Source: Octopus vulgaris
Taxonomy: Eukaryota
DNA length: 64,000 nucleotides
Reading direction: 5' to 3'
NCBI GenBank assembly: GCA_951406725.2
Contig: OX597823.1
Location: 5,208,001-5,272,000, forward strand
Shown here: positions 1 through 14,380 of the stretch, one piece after another
Layout: the number at the start of each line of letters is the position of its first letter
Position numbering within the stretch: position 1 is the stretch's first letter
Made by a program: the position numbers and the translations under genes
The notes under the pieces: model-generated
What the model was told of the DNA's origin: nothing
Seen by the model: the letters and a program-made list of their open reading frames with translations, nothing else
The model's database searches: none

Positions 1-1544
1 GTATTTGTATCCCTTGTTGCAAATACTGGGTTTGATACAGGGTATATATATGTAGAAAATAAAACAGAGCAGGAGAGATTGTTTGTAAGAAATTTAGTTA
101 CACATTTTATAGACATCACCAGAGTTATGCAAGTTTTGTGCATAAGATTATTGGAATGAAAAGATAGCAGAATCCACCGTTTTCCAGATGGCTGGTGGCT
201 TATGTATAGAAGTTACATGTCTCTGATGATTTGACAATACATTGTGGTTGAATGTAGGATTTTGGTGATGGTTGTGGATGAAGTAGTAACATTAGTGCTA
301 GTACATCAGTGTAGTAAATTCATTAGTAGGGTGTGTTGAAATAGAAATGAAAAATCTTATAGAATAGAGATGTAATGATAGAAGAAATAAAGTTATGATA
401 GATCATATGATAAATCTTAACTAAGATCTAGAGATTATCTGGGAAACCTGTTAGATTGTATTTCTTCTTTAGCTATAGTTGATAATCCTGATGGATAATG
501 TGGAAAGTCCATTCCAGTTTGTGTGGAAACAGCATTCTGCTGTGGAATATTGAATCTTTTATCTGCTGTTTGTGGTTAAAAGCATCTTTAATTGTGAAGG
601 GGAAGCTAAATCTTATAGGAACAGTTTTTACAAATTTCAGAATACAAAATTTTAAAAAAACAAACAAAAGCCAAGACAAAAAAAAATAAACTCTTAAGTA
701 TCTATAGAGAGAAAGAGATGATGTTATACCAGTTCAAACTGGGTTTTTTTCAATTAATTTTGAGAATAATGAAGAATTTGTCATTATTAAGCAGTTATTT
801 AGAACATAAATTAATATGAAACTTTGATAAAAGCTTTTGATTTAAAGCACTTTAAAATTTGAAGTTTGTGTCACAGGACCAGGAGTGACTCCAAGTGGTT
901 TGATATCAAAAGGATTAAAAGAACGGGACAAATATGTTAGAAAAATGTTCCAAATACCATATTAAATTACACAATCTTCATTTCAATTCATTCTGAAAAT
1001 AATGAATTTATTAACATTATTATTAAGCTGGTATTAGAAACTTAAATTAACATAACATTTTCATGGACAGTTTTTGTTAACTTTATTCATTTTGTTACCA
1101 TATTTCTGTTGAAATACACTGCTAATATTCAGCTGGTATTTGGAAGATAAATAAACATGGAATTTGATGGAAGGTTTTAATTTAAATCAATGTAAAAGAG
1201 GCAGTTTGTATCATAGAACCGAGAACAATCTCAGATAGGTTGGCATCGAAAGGATTAAAGCAGAAATTTTGTATCATAGAACTAGAGGTGGCTTTGGGTG
1301 GGTTGATTGCAAAGGTCAGTTTTGGTTGATCAAAGATATAGGTTCATCTCTTATATACAAGAATTAAATTAAGAACAAAAATAATTATGTAGTCTTTTCA
1401 GCAGCTAATTAACCTTATTAATTTGTTTCTTTTAATGGTTTGTATGTGTCTGAGGGAGGGACTCCTGTTGAAACTAAATATTCTCTTCATATGTCTCTGT
1501 ATTTTGTAATAATACTGTTTCATTTATGAATTGTTGGGTTTCAG

Positions 1545-1731
1545 AAAAATCTCCAAGAAAATTCGTAAACAGATGTTGCGACAAGAGAAAATGTTGGCCT
1601 GGTTCAGTAAAAGTGAACTGCAAAAGAATGGCATCCGTAGCCCGTCTGTAAACTTCCAGATGTTCTCTGGAGCTGATCTTGTTGAGCTTTGTGAACGACC
1701 AGAATTCAAATCTCCTTGCAAACCACGACAA
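1545..1731 (+). CDS. Sulf1: Extracellular sulfatase (SULF1/2-like), internal exon A, start of hydrophilic domain
   Basis: Acceptor tttcag|, donor |gtaagt. Encodes KISKKIRKQMLRQEKMLAWFSKSELQKNGIRSPSVNFQMFSGADLVELCERPEFKSPCKPRQ. LCERPEFKSPC resembles the Sulf LCQxxEYQTAC motif. The phase-2 start fits the preceding conserved ERG|K. Confidence 0.9.
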
Positions 1732-2702
1732 GTAAGTTACTCTTGTTTCAGTCATAAAACATTAATGAAATAGATTTCATGCTTGAAATTAATGCAATGT
1801 GAAATGTTATGAAATATTAGGAAATATATAATGATGAAATAAAGGATGGCTTATCCGAATAGTTACGGTTATGATGTCAAACCTCATATTTCAGGCAGTG
1901 AAAAATAGGTACCATTCTAGCATGAGGTTTGAATGGTCAGTGCTAAGAGAGTTGTTTTATGAAGAAAGTGTCATTGCTCCATGACATCTGCAACATAACT
2001 TAGGTTTCACTTGTGGAAATATTCTTGGATTTGTGAATTTGGTGAGGAGAGAGATGGATACAATTAGATAAGACTTTTAGATTTAACTTTTTTTTAACAT
2101 ATTTCTGTTGAAATAAACTGTGTTCATTTCAATAAGTTTTGAAAATAATGAAGAATTTAGTAAAATAGTTTTGTCATTAATAATCTGGTGTTTGGAAAAT
2201 AAATTATGAAATTTAGATCACTTTAAAACAAGTTTGTATCATAGAACCAAGGCTGGCCTCGGGCAGTCTGGTAATAAAAGGGTGGAAAAGACCCAAAGAT
2301 ACATTAAAAAATGTGCCAAATACTATATTTCTGTTGACATACATTATCTTTGCTTCAATTAATTTTGAAAGTAAAGAAGGATTTAGTAAAATAAATCAGT
2401 TGTTATTAATCTGATGCTTGGAACATTACATGAAATTTAACTGCTTTAAAACTGGAAATTTGGACAAGTTTTGGGGAGGTTGATATGGAAAGGGTTAAAG
2501 GAGAAGCAGCATTGGCAGATTGTGCCATCTGAATCTCAGCAGGTTATGTGGTTATTCATTGAAAGTAATAATTGATCGTGTGTTGCAGAATGGGAAAAAT
2601 ATGATCATTCCTGGTTTGTTTGTAGATTTGATTTTTTTGTAGACGTTTGCTTGTTTCTTAAAATATTTTTTTGTTAATTTGAAATATTTGTTTTTGTCAA
2701 AG

Positions 2703-2886
2703 GCTTGGGAATGTCGCTTTGAGAAAGGAACACCTGAAATATTTAGATGCCGTACAAATCGTCCAAGCTATATGCCAGGACTTCAGAATGACCCTGCTTG
2801 CATATGTCCTTCACCTCGACCCCGCAGCCAAGAGAAACTGGAACGTATAAACAATCGAAACTTCATCCGTTCCTACATTAACAGAG
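2703..2886 (+). CDS. Sulf1: SULF-like exon B
   Basis: Acceptor caaag|, donor |gttaga; phase 0 in, phase 1 out. Encodes AWECRFEKGTPEIFRCRTNRPSYMPGLQNDPACICPSPRPRSQEKLERINNRNFIRSYINR. Q|AWEC...IFRC matches Sulf QKWQC...IHKC, plus a CxC motif. Confidence 0.9.
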
Positions 2887-3725
2887 GTTAGAAACATTTT
2901 GTATTGATTTAAAAATGTTTTTTTCTTTCACAATATATTTTTAGAAACAACATGGAAAACAATCCTCTCATCCTCATTGAATATCTGATCATTAACACTC
3001 TTAATTTTTTTTTAGGTTATATTCTATAGATTATAGGCACAGTTGTGGCTCTATGGGTAAGAAGTTTGTGTCTATATGTCTTTGTATCTTTGTTTGTCCC
3101 CCACCACTGCCACTTGACATCTGGTGTTACTTTGTTTACATTTCTGTAACCTAGCAGTTTGGCAGAAGAAGCCAATAGAATAAGTACCTAGAGTCCATAG
3201 AAAGTGTAGATTAAAAAGATGATGATGATGATGATGATGATAACAATGCATTGATATGATTTTTTACGGTTTGAGAATATCAATATGAGACTGTGTCTTT
3301 TCACATGATGATGATGAGCAACAACATAGATGGCATTTTAGAGAAAATTCAATATTCTAAAGATATGAACCATTGTTTTAATGTGTGTTTTCTGTATTGG
3401 TATGGGTTGAATGGTTGGACGTGAACCAACGAGCCAGTTGACTGCACTGAACTCCAGTGTCTGCATGGTCAGCATTGCATGGTTCCTTCAGCTGGATGCT
3501 TTTTTTTAATGCTAATCATTTACATCATGTACTGAGAGCCTTTTCTCATGGCACCAGGTAACTTGCAAGTCAAGATTCTTCCATCAAGTGGAGGTATACT
3601 ATTGAAGGAAGTGAAAATAGGACAGAGGTGCAGGAACAGGTGTCTTCCAGAAGAGTTCGCAGAAGAGGTACAGCTGAAATGGGAGATGGTTAGGGTGTAT
3701 CCTCAAGGTACAAAGTGAATATATA

Positions 3726-3757
<32 letters not shown>

Positions 3758-6700
3758 CATACATATATATATATCATCATTAAACACACATACACATATG
3801 TATATATATTGAGATAACTCATAAAAAAGAAAGGAGAAACAAGAAAAGTTATTATCAAATGATATTTCTTGTTGTAGAAGGGGCTACAAAACCACTCACA
3901 TTTCAGAGGACAGGAAAGGAGTGATCATGGTTGAGCTGGGAAGAGATAAGAGTTGTACTGATGAAGAATTTAGTAAAATAATTTGGCTGTTATTAACTTG
4001 GATGTCTGGAACATAAATTCACATGAAATTTTGATGGAAGTTTTAATTGTGATCACTTTGACAAAAACGAAGTTTGTATTTTAGAACCAAGAGTGGTGTC
4101 AAGTTGGTTGGCATCCAAAGGGTTATGAATATATTTGTGGCTGTGTGGTTAAAAAGCTTGTTTCCCAACCATTTCATGTTTAGTCCCACTGTGCAGTTTC
4201 TTGGACAAATGCCTTCTGCTGATCAAATGCCTCAGGCTGACCAAACAAAGTTTTGTGAGTGGATTCAGTTGATGTGGATTTATAACAAGAACATTCTCTT
4301 TACTTCAATTTCATCATGGAAGGCAGACATTAAACGATGATGATGATGATGATGATAACATAGTTTATGTGTGGAGTCTGGTTGAAATATCTTCATCATT
4401 GGCTTGTGTCAAAACAATGTTATGGTGGTGGTGGTAGTGGTAGTAGTATATTAGAATCAACTTGAAGAGGATCCAAGTATAGCATCAAATGTCAACATGA
4501 AATACCACATGGCTCTCAAACATTATCTTTGGCAATTTTCTCTTCTTTGGTTCTTCTCTCTTATATCTTGTCTGTTTCTCGCCAGAAGTGAATTTCACTT
4601 CTCTCACATCTTTCTCTCTTTATTTGTCTCTTTGCTCTCTCTATCTCTCAACGCTCCCTCTGTCTCCCTACTCTCTCTCTATCCCTTTCTACTGTCTCTC
4701 TACTGTTTCTCTATGCTCTCTCTCTCTCTCTGTCTCCCTATGCTCTCTCTCTCTCTCTCTGTCTCCTTACTCTCTTTCTCTCTCACTAATATTTCTCTAC
4801 TCTCTCTGCCCCCATCACCTGACACAGGTCACTTGACCTCCTTATTATGAAATAGTCTGAGTCCCTCCCCCCCACCAATTCCTATCAGCTGTGACTCCCT
4901 TCAGCTGTTTTACTTATCTCTGTCCATTTGTTTTAGCAAAATCTAAACTTCTCTAAAACAATACAGTGTTATCGTAACAGAAGTTTAAACAAGTGAGGGG
5001 TGGGGTGGGGAAAGAGTGGAGTTGGATACAAGGGCAGTGGTGTGGTCAGTAGGGTGGAGAGGATGATGTGAAATAAGTTGGTTGAGAAATGGTTTTCCCA
5101 GCACAACTGAAGATGTGACTGGTGGCAGTAAAGGCAAACACGGAAGCACAACCAGGCCCCTGTGCCTATGGTCTTTGGCAGTGGAATCAAGGGCAACTGT
5201 GACTGACCATTGGATGTAATCAGCATTCATTGGTCAGAGTTGGCTTAACCCACCCTAGGTGAATCCTGCCACAAGTACAAGGACAGCTCACAATGAAAAA
5301 TGGACATAAAAAAAAAAGGTAGGCAAGACAGATGTTTGCAACCTTGCAACTTTAGTGTCCTTTTGAGTAATGGCCACTCAATGGACTGATGTCCATTTCA
5401 AGGCTTTTGAGGAAATAGTTTACTGTGTGTGTGTATGTGTGTGTCCCTCTCTCTCTCGTTTGTATATATATATGTGTGTGTGTGTGTGTGTGAAATGTCT
5501 GTGTCCCATGCTGGCATGAGTTGGATGCTTTGAGAGGATCCAATGTGTTGAAGGACTGCATCATGCTCCAATGTCTGCTTTTGCAAGATTTCTGTGGTTG
5601 GATGCTTTTTCTAACACCAGTCACTTTACTGAGCGTACTGGGGTTTTTTTTTCTGTGTACCACCTGTCATATTGAGGTCACCCTGCAGTTTGCAGAACCA
5701 CAAACCCTGAGGTAGGTGGGGGTGTCAGATTCATGATAGAGGACAGGAGGATTGAACTATGAGAAGTGGTGGTGGTGGTGGGTGGCAGTGCAGGATCTTG
5801 TAGAGGTTCTGCATGACTATTCACATGTAGTAGGGGGAGGGGAGAGAAAGCAAAAATGAACAGTAAGAACTGTAAGAGATGAGGTGTCTAAGAGACCCCC
5901 ACAAAGTGCAAGGTGAGTGGAATTGGTTTGCAAGATTGTGTGGGAAAGAAATTGAGGAGATGAGGAAACAGACTGCCAAAATGGGTAATGTTTAAGAAGT
6001 TAACGATGATGGGGTAGATGGTAAATTGAAATTCTAGGATAGAGTAACGGGAGTTGAGGTGGTCTTATCCAGTCATCAATGAAATGATTCTCTCACTCTG
6101 GGATAACTTTTGTGAATTGGGTGAAGGTGTGGGCCTCAGTGTATCCAATGAACAAAGTTGGCATTGTTAATAGCCATCCTGGTTACCTTGGTCATCACAG
6201 TAAACATTTTAGAAATTCTCAGTGGAGGGGGGAAAAAAAAAAGAATAATTAAGGATGAGGATGAATTAAGAAGAGGAAAGTAGAAGAGTGTTGGACTTGA
6301 GCAATGGGTAGAATGGTCAAGCAAATATTTTAGAGTTAAGCAACTGATTGGAGTAGGAGTGGAGGGACATGGCAGTATAGAGGGAGACTTTAAGGGCCAA
6401 AAAAAATAAAAAAGCTGGCAGAGGTGTGGAGGAAGGCGGATGTGTTCAAAGTCATGGTTGTGTAAAAGAAGCTGGTCTAGGGATTTGGAGATGAGTTCAA
6501 TGGGGTTGTTGCAGACAAAAAAATGATAGGGTGACTGGGAATGTTGTTTTATGAACCTTGGGAAGGAAGTTGATTGTGGAGCTTTGTTTTGTGCAGAGGC
6601 TGAGGTTATTTTCCTTCAGTAACCCTACCTCATACATACATATTTCCCTGTACACACACACACACATGCAACAACCCTTTCACACCTTGTCTCTCTTAGC

Positions 6701-9700
6701 TGGATCACACATACACATCACATCTTTGTAACTTAACTCCCTTGGCATGGAAACACTCTTTTGTCAATAAAACCCCCATTCTACTCCATTCCACCCCCAT
6801 TAAATATTTCCCCCATGTAGTGGCCTTCATTGTTTTGTTTTTTCTTAGAATTTTCTTCTTTTCCCATCTCTGTCTATTCTTGATGATGGATCACTGACTA
6901 AAACATTGAAATCTCCTCTATTTCTTCTGTATAATGGGAAATTAATTGTTTTTTTACTGTTACATGTTGTTTCTACTGCTAACTGAAGGAGGAGAACTTG
7001 CTGTCAGTGAGGCAGCCTGAGGCAAGTAGAGAGATATAAGTGTCTTGGAATGGTAAGAAACAATGGTGGAGATAAATGTTCTTAACCAGTGGTCCCAAGA
7101 CAATGGCTCTGAATATGATTTAAATTCCAGATCATGTAATCTCTCACAAAGTACATTATGCTGTGTGACTTGGATCTGATTTCAGATGTAGAATTTAACA
7201 CCGACAGCTTAATGATTATGATTTGTGTGTGTGTATATATATATATATATGTTTATATAATGTGTGTATATATTACATATGTGTATCTATAATTTATATA
7301 TAATGTATATTATATGTGTACATGTAAGAGGTGCAAATATGGCTGTGGGGTTAAAAAGCTTGTTTCTCAGTCCCATTGTGCAGTTTCTTGAACAAATGCC
7401 ATCTATTATGGCCTCAGGCTGACCAAAGTCTTGTAAGTGAATTTTTTCAGCAGAATCATAAAGAAGCCTGTTGTGTGTATGTGCATACGTGTGCACATGC
7501 ATGTGTGTGTGTGTTTATGTGTGTATGATGGTTGTAAATGAGCATCAACATCTTACATGGTTGTTTCCAGTCTTCTTTGAAAACTTGTCTGGTTATGGAG
7601 AAATATTACATGGGAACAGGCGAGGGTTAGTGACAGAAAGAGCATCCAGCTGTAGGAAATCTGTCTCGCCAAATTCCACCTGACCCCTGCATCATGGACA
7701 ACTGGATGTAAAATAATGATAGGAATGAAATTATTTTTGTATTTTCCCCAATTCTTACAGATTTAAACCTTTCAGTCCCAAACAATCCAAATCTTACTAA
7801 CATTATTATCATTCTTTATCTTTTACTTGTTTTAGTCATTAGACTGTGGCCATACTGGGGCACTGCCTTGAAGAATGTTTAGTGGAATCAATTAACCCCA
7901 GTACTTATTTTTTTAAAGCCTGGTACTGATCCTATCAGTCTCTTTTGTTGAACCACTCAGTTACACACATAAAACATGCAACAGGTAACAGGCTTCTTTC
8001 AGTTTCCATCTACCAAATCCACTCACAAGGCTTTTGTTTGCCCGAGGCTATAGTAAAAGACACTTGCCCAAAGTGCCATACAGTGGGACTGAACCTAGAA
8101 TCATGTGGTTAAGAAGCAAAATTCTTACTATGCAGCCATGCTTGCACCTATTATTATCATTTTCATTAGCATCTTCTTTCAGTTCTGTTTCCATTTCTTG
8201 CCGAGTGTCTTTCTATTATTATTATTCTGCTGAGGTCAATTTTGCCTTTCATCCTTTTGGGGTCAATAAATTAAGTTCTAGTGAAACAGTGGGATTGATG
8301 TGATTGACTGTCCCCTTCCCCACAAAATCCAGGCCTTGGATCATCATCATCATCATCATCATCATCATTGTTAAAGTAGGTAACCTGTTGTAATTTATGC
8401 TAGGTTCTCCAAATTCCAGTTTATTACTCCAAGAAATTCAACGGTTAAAGCTTATTTTCACTACAAGCTTCTAAATTGTTGATTATTTTAAATATTAATT
8501 AAAACACCACAGAAATATACAGTGAAACCACTGCATTTCTTCTGGTCAGACGGTGCATTTGTGAATAGGGGAGGTATTTCTTTAACAATGTTCTATATCT
8601 GGATATAATTATGCCAGTTTATTAAGCAGAGGTTTCTTTTTTACTGGCTGTTGTGAATGCACAGATGACTTCATCTTTGAATAAAGGATGGGAAGCTATT
8701 GGGATGTTGTTAGCTAATGAAAGAGAAGAGCTTTGAAGTAAATTAGATTCAGTTTAGAATGTCTTCTCGAGTTACAAAGTATAAATATAACTCTCTCTCC
8801 CCCTCTCTCTCCCTTCTCTCCCCCCTCATCTCTCCATCATATTTCTGATGCTGTTGCTGTTTTGTATTGATTCATACAGATGAATGACAGATTTCAAATT
8901 TTTTTTTTTCCTCAGCAATTTAGCAGACTGGGGGCTTATATTTCACACGGTTTGTGCTAACTGGGAAAAAGAAAAGTGAAAAAAAAAAATGAAAAATAAA
9001 AAGAAACCATATGTTTTTATAATGTAAATCTAAGTCGGAGGCAGTGGGTGCAAGTTTGGTGCCACTGACACTACAAGTGCACATTTATTTGGTGTTCTTA
9101 CAGTGTTCTGTAGCAGTTTTTTTTTTTCAATTGTTAACTTTCTATTTTAGTGAAGAAGAATCTCATCATTTGAGAAATGGTTCTCGACAGATTGTGGAGT
9201 GATTAGAAGGTTTAACTTCTCCCTTTTCATTACTGGCATGGATCAGATCAGTTCTCAAATTCAGATATTTTATATGTTGTTATTAGAATAAGTATTCAGT
9301 ATTATTAGGCAAGCTGAAAGGGGGTAAGTTGGCAGAATTGTGAGCACACTTGGCAAAATACTTAGCAGATTTTCATCCTTTTGGAGTTGATAAAATGAGT
9401 TGAATACTGGGGTTGATGTAATTGACTTAGCCACTATTTCAAACTTGCTGGCTTTGTGCCAAAATTTAAAATCAATATTAATGGTGAGCTGGCAGAATCC
9501 TGAGCACACTGGGCAAAATGCTTAGTGGCATTTCATCTGTCTTCACGTCCTGAGTTCAAATTCTGCCACGGTTGACTTTGCCTTTCACCTTATCAGGCTT
9601 GGTAAAATAAATACCAGTTGAACATCGGGGTCGATGTAAGTGAATTACCCCCTCTCCCAAAATTGCTGGCCTTGTGCCAGATTCGAAATCAATATTATAG

Positions 9701-10351
9701 TCAGTTCTGATATCTAATTGTTTGTTCAAGGTGTATGCATGGGTGTGTAGTTAAGATTATTTCTCAGCCACATGGTTTTGGGTTCAGTCCCACTACTTTG
9801 CACCCTGGGCAAATGTCTTCTACAACCCCAGGTCAACCTAAACCTTATGAGTGTCTTTGATAGAAAGTAACTAAAAGAAGTCCATCATGTGTGTGTGTGT
9901 GTGTGTGTGTTATTGTTGAGAAAGATTGTGCAACATTTCGTGAAATCTGGACATGTTTTACATGGTTGAATGCAAGCAAAGGACATTAGCTCTATTGTTG
10001 TTTACAATCAGTGAACACACAGGAAGACAAGGGGCCATATGAACTCACATGCACGCAAACATACTCACAGCAGCTTTCTTCAGTTTCTGCCTACCAATTT
10101 CACCCAAAATTTATTGGTTGGTTTATGGATATAGAATAGAATGCCAACCAGTGATGTTCCCACGGTGGGACTGAACTCTTAATTTCATGACTCTTAAGTG
10201 AACTTCTCAGCTGCATAGCCATGCCTGCACCTGTGTATTGTATATATTTTTCCAATACTTCAATCATTTGCTAAGGTTCTGAGCTCTTAACATTTCTTCT
10301 ATATTTTTAAATTTATAGACATCTATTGGTTTATTTTCAATGAACAAGTTG

Positions 10352-10687
10352 TTAACCCTTCTGTTATCATGTTTCTGTTGAAATACGCTGCCTTTATTTC
10401 ATTTAAGTTTGAAAATAATGTGTTTAAATACAAAAATGACTGGATGGTCATGGCTTTGATACCTTTGAACATAGTTCTGCTTAAGCCATTTGTTATCACA
10501 GCCTTTTAATTAATTTAGAAAATAATGAAGAATTTTGTAAAATAATTTTGTCATTATTAAGTTGGTGTTTGGAACATAAATTAACAAGAAATTTTGATGG
10601 GAAGTTTTAATTTAGATCACTTCAAAACAGGTAATTAGTATCAAGGAATAAGAGGTGTTGTTAGGCAGATTGATATAAAAAGGTTTA
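10352..10687 (-). mobile_element. piggyBac-type MITE family 1 copies (compound)
   Basis: Starts ttaacccttc; same core in reverse orientation; ends aaaggtttaa. Confidence 0.65.
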
Positions 10688-12034
10688 AAATTAAAGGACA
10701 TTAATTCTTTGCATCATCCAGTAGATTTTCAGTTAATTTTTTCATCCTGGTAATAAATTAAAATAACAACTAACGAGTAGTCTCTAAAAAGGCTTGTCAG
10801 TCTGCCTCATGGTCCCAGTGGACAAAAAGGAAGGCAAAGAAGATGTGCTGGAACAGCTACTCTGACTCCCAGGGTTTGTACTTGCAGATAGCTGTCTTCA
10901 TCCTGATAGCAGTGAACAGGGATAAAACATTTTCCTTGTTAAATTCTGTTCATCATTTATTTTTGTCCATGTTTTCATCAAGGTGTAGGTAAAGTGAACA
11001 AGTTTGCTTTGCAACCATATTGTTTTGAGTTTAGTCCTATTGTGCCACACTTAGGGCAAGTGTCTACTCTTATAGCTCTGGGTCAACCAAAGCCCTGAGA
11101 ATGACTTTGGGGGACAGAAACTGTTGTAATTCTGTCATGTATATGTGTAAGTGCGTGTACCTGCATGCACCCCCTCCTCCCATCTGGATATTGCTTAGTA
11201 GTTGTATACAAGTGATGCTGTCCTTTGTTGGTGGTGTCCTTTGTTGACAGTCTGTTGGTGAATCTGAAGAATGGGAACTGAAAGAAGTCGCTAACGTGTG
11301 TGTGTGTGTGTCTTGATGTATTCTAGTTATACTAAAATCTTTACACAAGTGGTATTCTCTCCAGTTTACTATGAAAGCATTACTGGCCATGGGGGAAACA
11401 CTGCTTGGAAACAGGTGAGAGCAGGGTTGGCAATAGGTAGGGCACCAAGCCATAGAAAAATTCCTCCTGACCCATGCAAGCAATGAAAAGTGGGTGTCAA
11501 AACTAATGATGATGATAAGAGTTAAAAATTTGCAGCTATAAACTGTTTTTGATTTAGATTTACACACCAATAATTTGCGTAATTGGAATCCAACACTTAA
11601 TAGATTCCGCCTTTTATCTTTTCCTTCTTTTGAAATAACCAGAAAAAAATTTGTTGGGGATATACATACAACTTCTATTTTTCTGTAGCCAACTAAACAA
11701 ATTAATTAGTTCAGTCACCAAAATAAATAGGATTCAAATACGATTGCTTCACCTACTTTCCAAAATCACAAATCATATATTGGAAAGTACCTAGTTGAAC
11801 TATATACTAAACTGAAATTAAAGCTGTCAGCTATTTATTGATTTTTATTGTTGTTCTCAAATATTGTTGTTTGTTATTAATTAGCTGTAGTTTTTCAGTT
11901 TTTCATGACACTAAGAGTACATCCACGCGGTTCCTTAACATATGACTGTCATTTCAATCTTTTTTCTATTTACCCATTAATATAATAATGTCTCTAGCCT
12001 AAAGCAAATTTACTTGTGTGTCTGTGTATATATG

Positions 12035-12074
<40 letters not shown>

Positions 12075-14077
12075 TAATGAAAAAGTAAAGAATGTCTTTT
12101 ATTTCTAAATTTATTTCTTTCCTCCTGTGTTTTTTTTTTCTTATTTTACCAGAAACACTTAACAATTTTATTAAGATTTCATTTCTAAGAATGCTGACAC
12201 AGTTTAAGCATCAAGTGAAATTCCTGAACACATAAATATTTGCTGCGTAATTTATACTTTCTTGTGTTGGAGACCTAGAGACAGGAGTCTGCTTGTTGTG
12301 TCACCAAACCAGACAGATGATTACTTCTTTCTTTGTTACCAGGCTCTCCAAATGGTTCTTGGAAATAGAACTTAAATAAATGACGTAATTCCAATTGATA
12401 GAAATGGTTGAGCAGCAAACAAAATGCCTCGTAGTATTTAGCTACAACTCTTTGTGTTCTAAGTTCAAATCCATCCAGTGCCAGCCATAGCTTTTCATCC
12501 CTTCCTGCGTTATTACAGTCAAACAGTAAGCTCTTTGTGGTTAAGAAGTTCACTTCTCAACCACATGGTTTCAGGTTCAGTCCCACTGCACATCACCTTG
12601 ATCAAGTGTCTTTTACTATAACCCCAGGCTGATCAATGATTTGTGAGTGACAGAAGCTCATCATGTATGTGTCTGTAATGTTCCTTGAGGGTATGTTTTG
12701 ACACATCTTTGCTACCATCTCTCTTATTATTTTTCTCTTTATCTTACTCTCTAGCTTGCCCTCCTTTCTCTTCCACAAAACACCTATCCTTGTTCCTCTT
12801 TACCTTTAATTTCTCAACTGGCACAAAGCCACCTGCCTCCTCAGTACTGACCCTCTCCTCCCAGCCAACAGAGGAGAGGGTCAGTACTGTCTTGCAAAGT
12901 ACTTGGGGATTCTGTTGATGCTAGTGCCATGTAAAAAGCACAGGTGATGGTGCCTTATAAAAAGCACCTACTATACTTTGTAAAGTGGTTGGCATTAGGA
13001 AGGGCATTCAGCTGTAGAAACCAAGCCAAAACAGACTGCCAGCTCCTGTCAAACCATCTGACCCAGGCCAGCATAGAAAACTGATGTTAGCTGATGATGG
13101 TGATGTATATGTGTGTGTGTGTGTGTCTCCTTGACTTGGCATCACATGATAGTTGTAAATGAGTATCATCCTCATACAAGTGGTGTCCTTGTCTCTAGCC
13201 TTCTGTGAAAACATGTCTGACCATGCAGAAATATTACCTTGCTTAGAGACAAGTGAGGGTTGGTGACACAAAGAGCATCCAGCCATTGAAAATCTGCCTC
13301 AATGAATTCTGTCCAACCCATGGAAACATGAAAAAGTGGATATTAAAATGATAATTACTTGGTTGGTAGAATATTTTACTTTGTTATACTGTATTTATTT
13401 ATTTTCCTATTAGCAACCACAAGGTATCTTTTAACACTGTTTACTTCCTGGATGCGACAGTTTACAGATCATTGCTACTGCCCTTGAATTGGAGGCTACT
13501 TAATGGTAGCTATGTATAGATGTGTGTGTGTGTGTGTGCACACATAATATGGTCTTCGTGACCAGACATCACTTATCTCTTGGATATATCTAAGTAAAAC
13601 ATTAACTGCTGCTGAGTGTTCTTTCATCATTGCTTTTATGGGTTTATTTTTCTGGTGATTCATTCTGTTGACAATTCTGTCCGTCTCTTTAAATGCAATC
13701 AAGTTCTTTGATTGCCAATTCTCTTAAACTCTTCACCACTTATTTATATTCCAGACACTTTATAGCTTTACCGTTCTTCTTCCATTACTTTCCTGCAGTT
13801 CTGCTGAATAAATTTCTGTTACTGGCTTAAAGATACAAACAAGTAATTTCTATAAAAAAAAGAAAAAAAACCCAACTCTCCTATATTCTGTAAATTGTAA
13901 AGTATATCTAACTTTTAGGAAACTTCATATGGCTTGTATTTATAAGATGTACAGAGTTTTTGTATAAATAGTATTTATATATGTTTAGAAAAAGAAAAAA
14001 AGATCGTATTTTTTTTCTCACTTCACTTCTAGCACGATAATATCTGAGAGAGCATTTCACTGTTCATATGTAAATAA

Positions 14078-14380
14078 CAAAATTTGCATTAGTGTCTCAC
14101 CCATACTTGCCTATAGAAAGGAAAATAAAACACACAAAATTATTCTCTCTTCAGTTAACATTTCAAAGAATAATCAACTGTTTATATGCAAATATATAAA
14201 TTTGCAGTACTGTCCAACCCATGCTTGCATATAGAAATGAAGATAAAACTTGCACACACTCAGAAAGCCATTCTCACCTCATTTAACACTGGGAATTGTA
14301 ATCAGTCGTTCATATGCAAATGTCTAAATTTGCAGGACTGTCCAACCCATGCAAGCATGAAGAAAGGAAAGAAAAGATTG
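14078..14380. repeat. Degenerate tandem repeat (about 110-140 bp period, 3 copies)
   Basis: aaatttgca(g/t)..tgtc..acccat.c..gc.t..agaaa.gaa recurs at about 14080, 14218 and 14326. Confidence 0.6.

Noticed and set aside
9151-9210. Possible cryptic exon after ttttag (tgaagaagaatctcat...)
   Set aside because: In the required phase 1 it reaches TGA after 7 codons, and there is no convincing donor.
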